A DNA stretch of 64,000 bases from an uncultured delta proteobacterium (GCA_963814585.1 CAWFDF010000011.1:228002-292001); one strand, 5' to 3'. Positions 1-12,529 are shown, counted from the stretch's first letter. Program-made: numbers and translations. Notes: generated from the sequence alone by a model not told the origin.

Positions 1-1
1 C

Positions 2-172
2 CAGGCGGCGATGCATGCCGCCAACCTCCCCACCGCGGAGGAGCTGCGGACCATGCGCCAGCGCCTGAGCGAGCTGGAGGCCCAGGTGGAGGCGCTCGAC
101 AGCCGACTGAAGCAGGCCGAGGCGGCCGCCCCGGAGGCGCCCTCCGCGCCGCCGGAGACGTCGGAGCCGTAG
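2..172 (+). CDS. 3' end of a coiled-coil hypothetical protein (truncated by window start)
   Basis: Open frame QAAMHAANLPTAEELRTMRQRLSELEAQVEALDSRLK...EP* with GC3-rich codons; TAG at 170-172. Confidence 0.6.
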   Translation, partial: QAAMHAANLPTAEELRTMRQRLSELEAQVEALDSRLKQAEAAAPEAPSAPPETSEP

Positions 173-232
173 GAGCCGTCGCAGGAGCCCGGCGCGTCCG
201 GAACGGTCGGTGCTGGCCGGCAGAGCCCTGAG

Positions 233-829
233 CTAGGAACGGTCCTGCTCGTCGAGCTTCTTCTCCATCGACTCGATGCGCCGGGCGATGTCATCGAGCT
301 GCCGCTTGAACTCGGGGAGGTTGTGGATGCCCTCGGCCGCGGAGCGGATGCGCTCGTCGAGCCTCTTCTGCAGCCCGGCCAGGGCCTCCTGCGAGGCGCT
401 CACCAGCTCGCGGGCCTTCTCGCCGGTCTGCTGGCCACGCGCCACCAGGCTCTGGACGCGCTGCTCGGCGGCTTGACGGACCGCGTCGACGCGCTCGCGC
501 AGGTCGCCCCCGGCGCCGCCCACCATCTGCTGGGCCACCTCGCTGCCCTGCCGGATCAGCCCGAGCAGCGTCTTCATGCTGGTGCGGGCGCTCTTCTTCT
601 CCTCCTCGAAGATGATCTGGGCCAGCGTGACGGCGGTGAGGTCGTCCTTGGTCCGGTTGTCGATCACCTTCACCTCGCCGCCCGCCTTGATCATCTCTGC
701 GATCTCGTCGAGGGTCACGTACCGGGACTCCACGGTGTCGTAGAGCTTGCGGTTGGTGTACCGCTTGATCACCTTCGGCGCGGTGCCGGAGGGCGAGGGT
801 TCGGCGGCGGTCTCCAACTCGTCGGTCAT
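233..829 (-). CDS. Polyhydroxyalkanoate synthesis regulator DNA-binding domain protein (PhaR-like)
   Basis: IKRYTNRKLYDTVESRYVTLDEIAEMIK and DLTAVTLAQII motifs; coiled-coil C-terminus. Confidence 0.88.
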   Translation of the reverse strand: MTDELETAAEPSPSGTAPKVIKRYTNRKLYDTVESRYVTLDEIAEMIKAGGEVKVIDNRTKDDLTAVTLAQIIFEEEKKSARTSMKTLLGLIRQGSEVAQQMVGGAGGDLRERVDAVRQAAEQRVQSLVARGQQTGEKARELVSASQEALAGLQKRLDERIRSAAEGIHNLPEFKRQLDDIARRIESMEKKLDEQDRS

Positions 830-941
830 CACTACCCCCGGAAGGAATCCAAGTGCCTGCAACGCCAGGGATTGTTCTGGTGATGGCGCTTGGTGTCAAG
901 CGTTTCGCGGTGTAGGCTCGAGCCAACCAAACGGTTCCGCA

Positions 942-2411
942 ATGATCGTCGTCTGCACCGGCTGCTCCGCCAAGTTCCGCGTCGCCGACGAGAAGGTCGG
1001 CCCGAGCGGCGCCAAGCTGCGCTGCTCCAGGTGCCGGACCGTCTTCAGGGTCCAGCGCCCGGTCGAGGTGCCCGCGCCGGCGGCGCCGGAGGTCGGCGAG
1101 GACCCCTTCCCGCCGGAACCGGACGTCCCGCTCCGCGCCACGCCGCCACCACTCCCCCGCCGCGCCACCACGCTCGACGCCCGGGCCGCCTTCGAGGTGG
1201 ACCTGGAGCCGAACCTGGGCGCGGCGCCCGCTCCCACCGATCCGTTCGGCGCTCCGGTTGGCGCCGGGGCCGGCGAGGCCGGCAAGGCCTCGTCCCGGGA
1301 TCGAGCGCTGCAGGACGATCCGTTCGCCGCCGAGGCCGCCCTGGACTTCGAGGTGCCACCGCCGGCCGCCCTGGCGCCATCGGCCGTCCATGGAGCCGAC
1401 CTGGATCCCTTCGCCTCGCCCGGCCCGGCCGGGGCCGATCCGCTCGAGGGGTTCGGGGCGCCGGCGCCGGCCGCGACGGCGTTTCCGGTCGGGCCGGGCG
1501 CCGGCAACCTGCTCTCCCTCGAGGAGTTGACCACGCCGCCGGCCCGGCGGCTGTCGGTGTCGATCGGGCCGCCGCCCATGGCGGTGCTGGGAGCGACCGA
1601 GGATCCCTTCGCCGGCGTGGCGCCCCTCGAGGCCGGCCTCTCGGACCTGGACGACGGCGTGCTCGCCAGGGCCGTGCCCGCCAGCGGAGCTTCCCCCCGG
1701 CCGCCGGCGCCGCTGCGAGCCGAGCCGGACCTCGAGCCGCCACTCCAGCTCGATCCCTTTGGCGCCGCGGCCGTGGCCGCCGATCCCCTGGCGGTGGACG
1801 AGCCTCGGCGGGCGGGGTCGCTGCCACCGGCCGAGCCGACCGGAGCGCTGCGGGTGGAGGTCCATGCCCTCCGGTTCCGCGAGGTGATGGTGAGCGCCAT
1901 GGCGCTGGCGGCGCTGCTGCTGCTGGCCCTGGCCATCCTGGTGGTCTGGCGCGGCGGCCTCTCGCCGGCCGAGGCCTTCCGCCCTTCGGCCATCCTCGCC
2001 GCGCTGGCGCCCCGGCCACCGGCGGGATTGCTCGTGGTCACCGGCGTGACCAGCGGGCTCTACGAACGGGCACGAGGGGCGCCGCTCCTCTTCGTCCGGG
2101 GCACGGTGCGCTCCACGGCGTCGACGCCGCTCGAGGGCGTACGGGTGGTCGTCGAGGTGGTGCGCGATGGCGCCGTGCTGGCCCGCGGCGACGTTCCGGC
2201 GGGCGCGGTGCCCGGTCCCGAGGCCCTGCACGGCGCGGTCGACGCGGCCGCGCTCTCCGAGGCCTACGCCGCGGTGGCCGCGGCCGGGCGGGCGCCGCTG
2301 GCTCCGGGGGCCTCGGCCCCCTTCCTGGCGGCCTTCGCCGACGCCCCGGCCGGCCTGGCCGGCGCGGCGCTCCGGGTCCGTCCGGTGGCGGGCGGGGCGC
2401 CGGGCCCGTGA
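942..2411 (+). CDS. MJ0042-type zinc-ribbon membrane protein (DUF3426-like C-terminus)
   Basis: N-terminal CxxC...CxxC (CTGCSAKFRV...LRCSRCRTVF), Pro/Ala linker with repeated DPF, single TM helix. Confidence 0.8.
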   Translation: MIVVCTGCSAKFRVADEKVGPSGAKLRCSRCRTVFRVQRPVEVPAPAAPEVGEDPFPPEPDVPLRATPPPLPRRATTLDARAAFEVDLEPNLGAAPAPTDPFGAPVGAGAGEAGKASSRDRALQDDPFAAEAALDFEVPPPAALAPSAVHGADLDPFASPGPAGADPLEGFGAPAPAATAFPVGPGAGNLLSLEELTTPPARRLSVSIGPPPMAVLGATEDPFAGVAPLEAGLSDLDDGVLARAVPASGASPRPPAPLRAEPDLEPPLQLDPFGAAAVAADPLAVDEPRRAGSLPPAEPTGALRVEVHALRFREVMVSAMALAALLLLALAILVVWRGGLSPAEAFRPSAILAALAPRPPAGLLVVTGVTSGLYERARGAPLLFVRGTVRSTASTPLEGVRVVVEVVRDGAVLARGDVPAGAVPGPEALHGAVDAAALSEAYAAVAAAGRAPLAPGASAPFLAAFADAPAGLAGAALRVRPVAGGAPGP

Positions 2412-3175
2412 GCTCCCCGTCCGTGGACGGGACCGTGGCGCTGGTGAAGGCGCTCACCGGCAGGCTGGCGGCGCTCGAGGAGGGACCGGCACGCTCGGGC
2501 GCGGCGGCGCGGGCCCTGGCCGGCATGCCCGCCGAGGCCGCGGTCCGGGTGGTGGCGGCGCTGGCGCGGAGCGCCCGGGCGGAGGCGCGGGCCGCCATGG
2601 CGGCGGTGGGCCAGGCGCTGGTCGGGCCCGACGCCGCGCTCCTCTACGAGCACCTCGCCGAGGTCTACGCGGTCGCCACCGAGCAGGACCTCCTGGAGGT
2701 CTCCAGCCTGCTGGTCTCCCCTCCGGCGCACCAGGCCTGGGTGCCGCCGCGCGACAAGGGAGACTCGCGGCTCGCTCCCCTGACGCTCGGTCACAAGAAG
2801 ACCCTGGCCCGCTCCCACCGCGACCCCGACCTGCTGGCCCGCCTGGCCGCCGAGGGAGAGCCGTCGGTGGTGCGGGAGCTGCTGCGAAACCCGCTCCTCA
2901 CCGAGCCCTTCGCGGTCCGGATCGCGGCCCGGCGTCCCATGCGTCCTGAGACGCTGAGGCTGCTGGCCGAGTCGCGCCGCTGGCGGACCCGTCCGGCGGT
3001 GATGTTGGCGCTGGTGCGGAACCCGTACGCCGAGCCGGCGGTGGCGCTCAAGCTGGTCGCGGTGCTGCCGGCCGCCGAACTGGCCGAGGTGGGACGCGAC
3101 GCCACCGTCCACCCCCTGCTGAGGGCCACCGCGGCCCGCCTGGCCAGGGCCAAGTCCGGGGCCCGGGACGGATAG
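2408..3175 (+). CDS. Hypothetical helical-repeat protein
   Basis: GTGA start/stop overlap with upstream gene; LLRNP and LVRNPY motifs. Confidence 0.7.
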   Translation: MSSPSVDGTVALVKALTGRLAALEEGPARSGAAARALAGMPAEAAVRVVAALARSARAEARAAMAAVGQALVGPDAALLYEHLAEVYAVATEQDLLEVSSLLVSPPAHQAWVPPRDKGDSRLAPLTLGHKKTLARSHRDPDLLARLAAEGEPSVVRELLRNPLLTEPFAVRIAARRPMRPETLRLLAESRRWRTRPAVMLALVRNPYAEPAVALKLVAVLPAAELAEVGRDATVHPLLRATAARLARAKSGARDG

Positions 3176-3280
3176 CGCCGCTCCGCGGATCACCAGCACG
3201 CCTCCGCTGCCGGGTCGCGGGTGTCCCGCGCGGTGCTCGGCCTCACCCGCCCGGCGACGGCCGGGGTCAGGGGATGCGCT

Positions 3281-3475
3281 CTACCGGGGCGGCTCGCCCG
3301 ACGCGCCAGGCGCCGCCGGCTTCTTCGGCGTCACGTCGATGGCGGGATCCTCGTTCACGCTCTTCTTGAAGTTCCGGATCGCCTTGCCGAGCCCGTCACC
3401 CAGGGCCGGGATCTTGTTGGCCCCGAAGACCAGCAAGACGACGATCATGACGACGACCAGTTCACCCGTTCCCAT
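3281..3475 (-). CDS. tatA: Twin-arginine translocase TatA/TatE subunit
   Basis: [34 protein letters not shown] signature. Confidence 0.93.
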   Translation of the reverse strand: MGTGELVVVMIVVLLVFGANKIPALGDGLGKAIRNFKKSVNEDPAIDVTPKKPAAPGASGEPPR

Positions 3476-3576
3476 GGTTCACTCCCACCCATCGTGGCCA
3501 CGCCGGTGGCTCGCGGCGCGGTAGCATAGTCGCGCGCCCCCGCGGGCGCCAGACGCCACCTTCGCCCACCGGAGCC

Positions 3577-4362
3577 ATGACCCTCCCGTTCGTTCCCGCC
3601 CCGCGCCGCGCCGGCCGGCTCCTGGTGCTCGGCCACCGGGGCTCGTCGGCGAGCGCGCCGGAGAACACGCTGGCCGCCTTCGCGCAGGCCTGGGCCGACG
3701 GCGCCGACGGCGTCGAGCTGGACGCCTGGCGGTGCGCCACCGGCGAGGTGGTGGTGATCCACGACGAGGAGACGACCAGGACCTGCGGCGAGCGGCTCTC
3801 CGTGCCGGAGGCGCCGCTGGCGGCGCTGCGGCGGCTCGACGCCGGGAGCTGGAAGGGGGCGCGCTTCCGCGGCGAGCGGATCCCGCTGCTCGGCGAGGTC
3901 CTCGAGGCCCTCCCCGGCGCCGTCGTCAACGTCGAGCTGAAGGCGCGCGCCGGCCGTCCGGACCGGGCGCTGGCCGCCGCGGTGGCGGTCAGCATCGCCG
4001 GCGCCGGCGCCGGGGACCGGGTCATCGTCTCCTCCTTCGACTTCGGGCTGCTGCGGGCGTTCCGCGCCGCGGCGCCCCGGGTGGCCACCGGGCTCCTCTT
4101 CGAGGCCTCGTGGCACCTGCGGCTCCGCATCCCGCTGGCGGCGGCCTGGCTGCGACCGTCGACGCTGCACCCGCACCTCGGGCTCTGCACGCCGGTGCGG
4201 CTGGCGGGGTGGCGCGCCGGAGGCAGGGCGGTGATCGCCTGGACCGTCGACGACCCGGCCGAGGTGGGCCGGCTGGCGCGGGCGGGCGTGGCCGGGCTGG
4301 TCAGCAACGACCCGGGGGCCGCGCGCCGCGCCATCGAGACGGCGCTGGGCCGCGCTGGCTAG
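3577..4362 (+). CDS. Glycerophosphodiester phosphodiesterase
   Basis: GHRG...PENTLAAF, ELD, VVIHD, NVELK, WTVD motifs. Confidence 0.92.
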   Translation: MTLPFVPAPRRAGRLLVLGHRGSSASAPENTLAAFAQAWADGADGVELDAWRCATGEVVVIHDEETTRTCGERLSVPEAPLAALRRLDAGSWKGARFRGERIPLLGEVLEALPGAVVNVELKARAGRPDRALAAAVAVSIAGAGAGDRVIVSSFDFGLLRAFRAAAPRVATGLLFEASWHLRLRIPLAAAWLRPSTLHPHLGLCTPVRLAGWRAGGRAVIAWTVDDPAEVGRLARAGVAGLVSNDPGAARRAIETALGRAG

Positions 4363-5360
4363 AACTCGAACCCGAACTTGAAGGCGCCGGCCAGCGACGA
4401 CTCGAGGCGGTAGGCCGGGTAGTCGGCGCTGGCCTCGTAGCTGCCGCCACCGAACCAGGTGCCCTCGATGGCCATGGTGACCGCGGCGGCCGTCATGCGC
4501 AGGCCGAGGGTGGTCCGGTAGAGGTTGCGGGTGAGCGAGGGGAACTCGGCGGCCGCGGCGACCACCAGGGCTGGCGGGGCCGGGGCGGGGAGGCCGCTGG
4601 CGTCGTAGTCGGGAGCGTAGCCGATGGGGTCGCTGCTGGCCTTCACCCGGAGCAGGCGGAAGGCCAGGTAGGGCGTCAGGCTGGTCACGGCGTTGACGCC
4701 GAACCGCTTCGACGTCACCAGCGTGAGATCGGTGCTGGAGAGGTTGAGGTCCTTCTGGCCGAGGAAGATGGTGTGGGCGGCCATCACCGCCACGTCCGGG
4801 ATCTTCGCGTACCCCTCCTGGATGGCCCACTTCAAGGTGAGCTGGGCCGCCGCGTAGCTCGACTGGGAGATGTGGAGGATCCTCCCGCCCAGCTCCAGGC
4901 TGTAGGGGAGCGACTTGCGCACGTGGAAGGAGGGGACGACGAGCTGGGCCGGCGTCTTGGTCCGCGTCGGCCAGTAGTTGCGGGGGAAGGCTGGCGTGGC
5001 CGGAGCCGCCGGGAACGGCGGAGCGGTTCCCACCACCTCCTTGTGGACCTGCGTGTAGGCGACCTCCAGGTCGAACGCGAAGCCGGAGTGGCCGACGGTG
5101 GCGGCCGGCTGGAGCAGCGCCGAGGAGAGCGAGAGCGCCAGCTCGGAGCTGAGCATGGCGAAGCGCATGCGGGCGTCGGAGGCCAGCGCCTCGTCCTCCG
5201 GGGTGGTGGCGCAGGGCAGGCTGCTGCAGTGGGTCAGCGCCCACACGTAGGCGCTGGGCGGGCCGAGCCGGGTGATGTCCATGTCGAGCGGCTCGCCGGC
5301 CCGGGCCGGAGGCGCGGCGAGGGCGAGGACGGCGGCGAGGAGCGCCAGCGGACGACGCAT
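4359..5360 (-). CDS. Exported, probable outer-membrane beta-barrel protein
   Basis: Signal peptide, amphipathic strands, C-terminal KFGFEF with terminal Phe. Confidence 0.7.
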   Translation of the reverse strand: MRRPLALLAAVLALAAPPARAGEPLDMDITRLGPPSAYVWALTHCSSLPCATTPEDEALASDARMRFAMLSSELALSLSSALLQPAATVGHSGFAFDLEVAYTQVHKEVVGTAPPFPAAPATPAFPRNYWPTRTKTPAQLVVPSFHVRKSLPYSLELGGRILHISQSSYAAAQLTLKWAIQEGYAKIPDVAVMAAHTIFLGQKDLNLSSTDLTLVTSKRFGVNAVTSLTPYLAFRLLRVKASSDPIGYAPDYDASGLPAPAPPALVVAAAAEFPSLTRNLYRTTLGLRMTAAAVTMAIEGTWFGGGSYEASADYPAYRLESSLAGAFKFGFEF

Positions 5361-5441
5361 GCAACCTCCAGGGGGGAGACGAAACGAGGTTACAGCCCCG
5401 ATTTCGCGGGTGTCAACGAATGGGGCGGGAGCGCGGGCGGG

Positions 5442-6494
5442 TCAGCGCGCCGCCAGGACCGCGCGCAGGTCGGCGGCGAAGGCCTCGAGGTCCGCGTCGG
5501 AGGTGTCCCAGGCGGTCATGAGGCGCGACCCGGCGCCGGCGATGAAGTCGTAGAAGCGCCAGCCGCGGGCCCGCATGGCGTCGGCCACGCCGGCGGGCAG
5601 GTCGACGAAGACCCCGTTGGCCTGGGGTGGGCGCAGCGGCGTGGCGCCGGGGATGGCGGCGAGGAGCCGGTGGAGCCGGCGGGCCTGGGCGTTGGCGTGG
5701 GCGGCGTGCCGGAGCCAGGCCCCGTCCCGGAGCATCCCCACCCACGGGGCGGCCAGGAAGCGCATCTTGGAGGCGAGCTGGCCGGCCTGCTTGCAGCGGT
5801 AGGCGAACTCGTCCGAGAGCGTCCGGTCGAAGAAGACCACCGCCTCGCCGACCGCCATGCCGTTCTTGGTGCCGCCGAAGCAGAGGACGTCGACGCCGGC
5901 GCGCCAGGTGACGTCGGCCGGGTGGCAGCCCAGCGAGGCGACGGCGTTGGAGAAGCGGGCGCCGTCCATGTGCACCTTGAGCCCGAGCTCGCGGGCGGTG
6001 GCGCCGACGGCGCGCAGCTCGTCGGGGGTGTAGACGCTCCCTTGCTCGGTGGCCTGGGTGACGCTCACCACCCTGGGCTTCGGGTAGTGGATGTCCGAGC
6101 GCTTCTCGACGAGGTGGCGGACGCCGGCGGGCGTCACCTTCCCCTCGGGGCCGGCCATGGTGAGGACCTTGGTGCCGTTGGAGAAGAACTCGGGGGCCCC
6201 GCACTCGTCGGTCTCGACGTGGGCCGTCTCGTGGCAGAGCACCGAGTGGTAGCTGCGGGTCAGCGAGGCCAGGGCCAGCGAGTTGGCGGCGGTCCCGTTG
6301 AAGACGAAGTAGACGTCGCAGTCGGTCTGGAAGACGCGGCGCAGCAGGTCGGCGGCCTCGGTGGTCCAGCGGTCGTCGCCGTAGCCGGGGGCGTGCCCCG
6401 TGTTGGCCTCCTGGATGGCGGCGAGGGCTTCGGGGCAGATGCCGGCGTAGTTGTCGGAGGCGAGCTGCCGGGCGGCGGGCGGGACGGGGGGCAT
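5442..6494 (-). CDS. ltaE: Low-specificity L-threonine aldolase
   Basis: ASDNY, FNGTAAN, HVETDECGAPEF, HMDGARF, GGTKNG motifs. Confidence 0.93.
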   Translation of the reverse strand: MPPVPPAARQLASDNYAGICPEALAAIQEANTGHAPGYGDDRWTTEAADLLRRVFQTDCDVYFVFNGTAANSLALASLTRSYHSVLCHETAHVETDECGAPEFFSNGTKVLTMAGPEGKVTPAGVRHLVEKRSDIHYPKPRVVSVTQATEQGSVYTPDELRAVGATARELGLKVHMDGARFSNAVASLGCHPADVTWRAGVDVLCFGGTKNGMAVGEAVVFFDRTLSDEFAYRCKQAGQLASKMRFLAAPWVGMLRDGAWLRHAAHANAQARRLHRLLAAIPGATPLRPPQANGVFVDLPAGVADAMRARGWRFYDFIAGAGSRLMTAWDTSDADLEAFAADLRAVLAAR

Positions 6495-6581
6495 GGAGGG
6501 GCGGGGTACCATGCGAGCGGATGGGAGTCCACGATGACGGATGCAGTTCGATGGTGGTTGACCTCCGCCCGGTCCACGTGT

Positions 6582-6600
6582 AATGGGATTAAGTCTCAAT
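6582..6600. promoter_or_regulatory. Putative Fur-type operator
   Basis: AT-rich imperfect 9-1-9 palindrome AATGGGATT-A-AGTCTCAAT about 30 nt upstream of the 6632 ORF. Confidence 0.4.
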
Positions 6601-6631
6601 AAGCGATTCCGATGAACTACTCTGGGACAGG

Positions 6632-7402
6632 ATGAAGGACGGGATGAACACGATGAAGATCCGAGCCGCCATCATGGCAATTATTGCCATGATTCCAACA
6701 GTTGACCTCGCCGACGAGCGCCCGTACGCCTTCACGTATGAGCCTACCGTCTCTGTAGCCGGTGAGAAGGAACTCGAGCTATACGAGACTTTGTATCAGT
6801 CCGACTCCTCAGGAAGCACCAGCCGGAGCTGGTACCACCAGCTCGAGATCGGCTACGGCATCACCGACCGGTTCGACCTGGCCGTCTACGGTGTCTTCCG
6901 CACCACCCCCACCGACGACTTCGAACCGGCCGCCGTCAAGGTGCGGGGGCGCTACCAGTTGCTCGGCAGCGACGCCCCGGTGGAGCTGGTGCTCTACGCC
7001 GAGGTGGCGAAGGCGTTCGTCGACGAGGAGCCGTGGGCCATCGAGGAGAAGCTGATCCTCGGCCGCACCTCCGGCAGGCTGACCTGGGCGGCCAACCTGA
7101 TCGCCGAGCAGGAGTTCCCTTCCGGCGGCGGCACCGAGATCAGCTTCGGCTGGTCGGCGGGCGCCGCGTTCGAACCGGTGGGCGGCCTGCGCCTGGGCGC
7201 CGAGACCTTCGGATCGCGCGCCGGGGACCTGGGCGGCACGGGAACGTGGAAGGCCTGGGCGGGGCCCACCGGCTCGGTCCTGCTCCCCTTCCTGGCGCGG
7301 GGCTCGATCAACAGCGCCTGGCTCACCGTCGGCGCCGGCTTCGGCCTCAACGAGGCCAGCGACCAGGTCCGGGCCCGCGCCATCATCGGCTGTGACTTCT
7401 GA
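6632..7402 (+). CDS. Exported, probable outer-membrane beta-barrel protein
   Basis: Signal-like N-terminus, EIGYGITDRFDLAVY strands, C-terminal Phe. Confidence 0.7.
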   Translation: MKDGMNTMKIRAAIMAIIAMIPTVDLADERPYAFTYEPTVSVAGEKELELYETLYQSDSSGSTSRSWYHQLEIGYGITDRFDLAVYGVFRTTPTDDFEPAAVKVRGRYQLLGSDAPVELVLYAEVAKAFVDEEPWAIEEKLILGRTSGRLTWAANLIAEQEFPSGGGTEISFGWSAGAAFEPVGGLRLGAETFGSRAGDLGGTGTWKAWAGPTGSVLLPFLARGSINSAWLTVGAGFGLNEASDQVRARAIIGCDF

Positions 7403-7404
7403 TC

Positions 7405-7424
7405 GCGGCGGCTTCAGCCGCCGC
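7405..7424 (+). terminator. Stem-loop after the outer-membrane protein gene
   Basis: GCGGCGGC-TTCA-GCCGCCGC perfect hairpin immediately after the stop; no clear U-tract. Confidence 0.5.
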
Positions 7425-7494
7425 AATAGGAACCGGCCAGCACACGGGTCGGCTCTCCTGACGACACCTGGTCACCTGCGCCCCGGTTGCCGCC

Positions 7495-7869
7495 ATGTTC
7501 TCCACCCATGCCGTCGCCGGCCGCACCGAGCCCACCCACCCGGCGCGAGACCTGGGCGCTGCAGGCCGGAACGGCGGTCGCTGGGGGGCTCTCGAGCTGC
7601 GCTCGGTGGTCGGGGGCCTGATCGGCGCCAGCGTGGTGGGTGGGCTGCAGGCGCGGCTCGCCAAGGGCGGCGCCAGCGCGCTCGACCTGACCTTCTACGA
7701 CCTGGGAGGAACGCTCGGCTCGCTGCTGCCGGGGCTGGCGTGGGAGCGGTGGGGCCGGCCCGGGGTGCTCACCGCCTGCATCGGCGCGGTCGCGATCGCT
7801 CTCGGAGCCAACGCGCTGCTCTGCGCCGGGCCGGGATCACGCCGCGTCTCGCGCGCCGACGGCAACTAG
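7495..7869 (+). pseudogene. C-terminal fragment of a YnfM-like MFS transporter
   Basis: GGASALDLTFYDLGGTLGSLLPGLAWERWG resembles the last MFS helices; rest of protein absent. Confidence 0.5.
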
Positions 7870-8111
7870 TCGTTGGCGACGATGCGAGCCGCCGGCACCT
7901 CGAGGGCGCGGGCGATGGCCACCACCGTGGTGTAGGGGGGATTGCGGCCACCGCGCTCGATGAGGCTGACGTAGGCGACCGAGAGGTCGAGCTCCTCGGC
8001 CAGCGCGGCCTGGGTCACGCCCTGCCGGTGGCGCTCCTCGCGGATGCGCGCGCCGAGGTGAAGCAGCTCGGCCGGCCGGGTGTTCTTGCTCTTCTTGGAC
8101 TTGGAGCTCAT
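7866..8111 (-). CDS. XRE-family HTH transcriptional regulator
   Basis: LGARIREER...TQAALAEELDLSVAYVSLIERGGRNP; GGAAGGA RBS-like sequence upstream. Confidence 0.9.
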   Translation of the reverse strand: MSSKSKKSKNTRPAELLHLGARIREERHRQGVTQAALAEELDLSVAYVSLIERGGRNPPYTTVVAIARALEVPAARIVAND

Positions 8112-8230
8112 GTGGTTCCTTCCGAGACCATAACCGGCCTGATCATGCGCCGGTGCGGCTTGCCGCCGCGCTGCCCGCACTATACGACGGGTGCGATCCG
8201 GGTGCAGGGAGGAAAGCCCGGCGAGGCCGC

Positions 8231-10417
<2,187 letters not shown>

Positions 10418-10471
10418 GCCTCGATTTAACCGGCGGGGCGGGCCGCCGCCGCGGTCCGGCGACCTGGCCCC

Positions 10472-11884
10472 TCACCCCGGGGTGCGGCCGCCGCGCCCCG
10501 GCGAGGCGGCCAGCGGGACGATCTCCCGTGACGAGAGCCGCAGGAAGCGCCACAGCAGCGCCGCCGACACCGACACCAGGCCGACCACGAAGCCCCACCA
10601 GAGCCCGGCCACGCCGAGGTCGAGACCGTAGACGAACCAGAGCAGCGCCGGGGTGGCCAGCAGCCAGTGGCCGACCAGGTTGGCCACGAACGTGAAGCGG
10701 GTGACGCCGGCGCCGCGGAGCACGCCGGCCCCCGCCCCCTGCAGCCCGTCGAAGACCTGGAAGGCCGCCGCGATCCGCAGCAGCGGGACGGCCGCCGCGG
10801 CCACCGCCGGTTCGTCGGTCATGAGCCGCGCCAGCAAGCCGGGGGCGGCCAGGAAGACCAGGCCGGTGCAGGCCATGAAGGCGCCTGCGGCCCCGAAGGC
10901 GGTGAGGCCGGCGCGCCGGGCGCCCGCCCGGTCGCGGGCGCCGACGAACGTGCCCACCCGGATCGAGCCGGCGTTCCCGATCCCGACGGTCACCGTGAAG
11001 GTGAGCGTGGCCATGGCGAGGGCCAGCTGGTGGGCCGCCATGGGCTCGGCCCCGAGCCGGGCCGCCAGCACGCCGGCCAGCGAGAAGAAGGCCACCTCCG
11101 CCACCATGTGGAGGCCGGAGGGCAACCCCACCCGCGCGGCGCGCAGCAGCTCGTCGCGGTCGGGCCTCCGCTCGTGACGTGGGACGGGCGGCGCGGGGAC
11201 GGCCCGGATGGCGGCCAGGAGGATGGCCGACTGGACCACCAGGCTGAGGCTGCTGCTGATGGCCGCGCCTCCACCGCCCAGCGCCGGGAGCTGGCGCAGC
11301 GGGCCCGCCCAGGCCGGCAGCACGGCACCGCCGAAGACCAGCAGCACGCTGAGCGGGAGGTTCAGCAGGTTGGCCACCACGGTGGCCACCACCATCGGTC
11401 GGGTGTGGCCCGCCGAGGAGAGGTAGCCCCGCCCGCCCACGTAGAGGAAGAGGAAGGGGAGACCGGGCAGCCGCCAGAGGATGAAGGTCCCGGCCACCTC
11501 GGCCACCGCCGGCTCCACGCCGAAGGGGACGAAGGTGAGCGGCAGGAGCGCCATGGGCAGGGCCAGCGCCAGCGCCGCGATCACCGAGAGCGAGCCCCCC
11601 TGCCAGAGGAGCTTGCGCGCTCGCGCCGCGTCGCCGGCGCCGAAGGCCTGGGCGATGAGCGGGTCGAGCCCCATCATGAGCCCGATGCCGAGCACGGCGA
11701 CGGTGAAGAAGAGCGTGTTCCCCAGCCCGACACCGGCCAGCGGCACGGCGCCGGCGCGGCCCACCACGGCGGTGTCGACCACGCCCATGAGGGCCTGTCC
11801 GGCCTGCGCCGCCGCCAGTGGGGCGGCCAGCCGGCCGAGGGCGCGCAGCTCGAGGCGGACGGGCGTCGCGGGTGGGGAGGCCAT
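10472..11884 (-). CDS. MATE family efflux transporter
   Basis: MGVVDTAVVGR, FQVFDGLQ...GVLRGAG; multiple TM helices. Confidence 0.92.
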   Translation of the reverse strand: MASPPATPVRLELRALGRLAAPLAAAQAGQALMGVVDTAVVGRAGAVPLAGVGLGNTLFFTVAVLGIGLMMGLDPLIAQAFGAGDAARARKLLWQGGSLSVIAALALALPMALLPLTFVPFGVEPAVAEVAGTFILWRLPGLPFLFLYVGGRGYLSSAGHTRPMVVATVVANLLNLPLSVLLVFGGAVLPAWAGPLRQLPALGGGGAAISSSLSLVVQSAILLAAIRAVPAPPVPRHERRPDRDELLRAARVGLPSGLHMVAEVAFFSLAGVLAARLGAEPMAAHQLALAMATLTFTVTVGIGNAGSIRVGTFVGARDRAGARRAGLTAFGAAGAFMACTGLVFLAAPGLLARLMTDEPAVAAAAVPLLRIAAAFQVFDGLQGAGAGVLRGAGVTRFTFVANLVGHWLLATPALLWFVYGLDLGVAGLWWGFVVGLVSVSAALLWRFLRLSSREIVPLAASPGRGGRTPG

Positions 11885-11962
11885 CGGGGGCGGCAAGATA
11901 CCAGCCGGGCCGGGCCGCGGAGGTACTGGATCTCCGTTCAGCGTGTGGGTAGCATGCCGCCG

Positions 11963-12529
11963 ATGAGGGTTCTCGGCATCGATCCAGGCTCGCTCCGCTG
12001 CGGTTACGGCGTGGTGTCGCGCCAAGGCGGCCGGCTCACGGTGGTCGAGTCGGGGGTGTTGATCCCCCGGGTCCGTCCCATGGCCGAGCGGCTGGCCTTC
12101 ATCCTCGAGGGGCTCGGCGAGGTCATCGCCCGGACGGCGCCGGCCGAGGTCTCGATCGAGCAGATCTTCGCGGGGATCTCGCCCCGCTCGGCGCTGGCGC
12201 TCGGCCAGGCTCGCGGGGTGGCCATGGCGGTGGCGGCGCGGGCCGGGCTCCCGGTCTTCGAGTACCAGCCGAGCGAGGTGAAGCTGGCCTTCACCGGCTC
12301 CGGGCGGGCCGGCAAGGCCCAGATGATGCAGACCGCGCACGCGCTGCTGGGCGTCGCGGCCGAGCTCTCCGACGAGGCCGACGCCGTGGCCCTGGCGGTC
12401 TGCCACCTGGCGCGCCGGCCGCTCCGGCTCGCCGTGGCGACGGCGGCGCGAGCCCCGGCCCCGGCCACCGCGCGCGCGGCGCTGGCGCGGCTCCGCCCGG
12501 CGCGGCGCGACCACCGGAGGCTTCCGTGA
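11963..12529 (+). CDS. ruvC: Crossover junction endodeoxyribonuclease RuvC
   Basis: [28 protein letters not shown]. Confidence 0.95.
   Translation: MRVLGIDPGSLRCGYGVVSRQGGRLTVVESGVLIPRVRPMAERLAFILEGLGEVIARTAPAEVSIEQIFAGISPRSALALGQARGVAMAVAARAGLPVFEYQPSEVKLAFTGSGRAGKAQMMQTAHALLGVAAELSDEADAVALAVCHLARRPLRLAVATAARAPAPATARAALARLRPARRDHRRLP

Noticed and set aside
3732..6602. Long alternative-frame and antisense ORFs (e.g. 3732..6602, 21002..23437, 25800..28382, 28916..31822)
   Set aside because: Arg/Gly/Pro-rich shadows of real genes, expected in very high-GC DNA; no family motifs.
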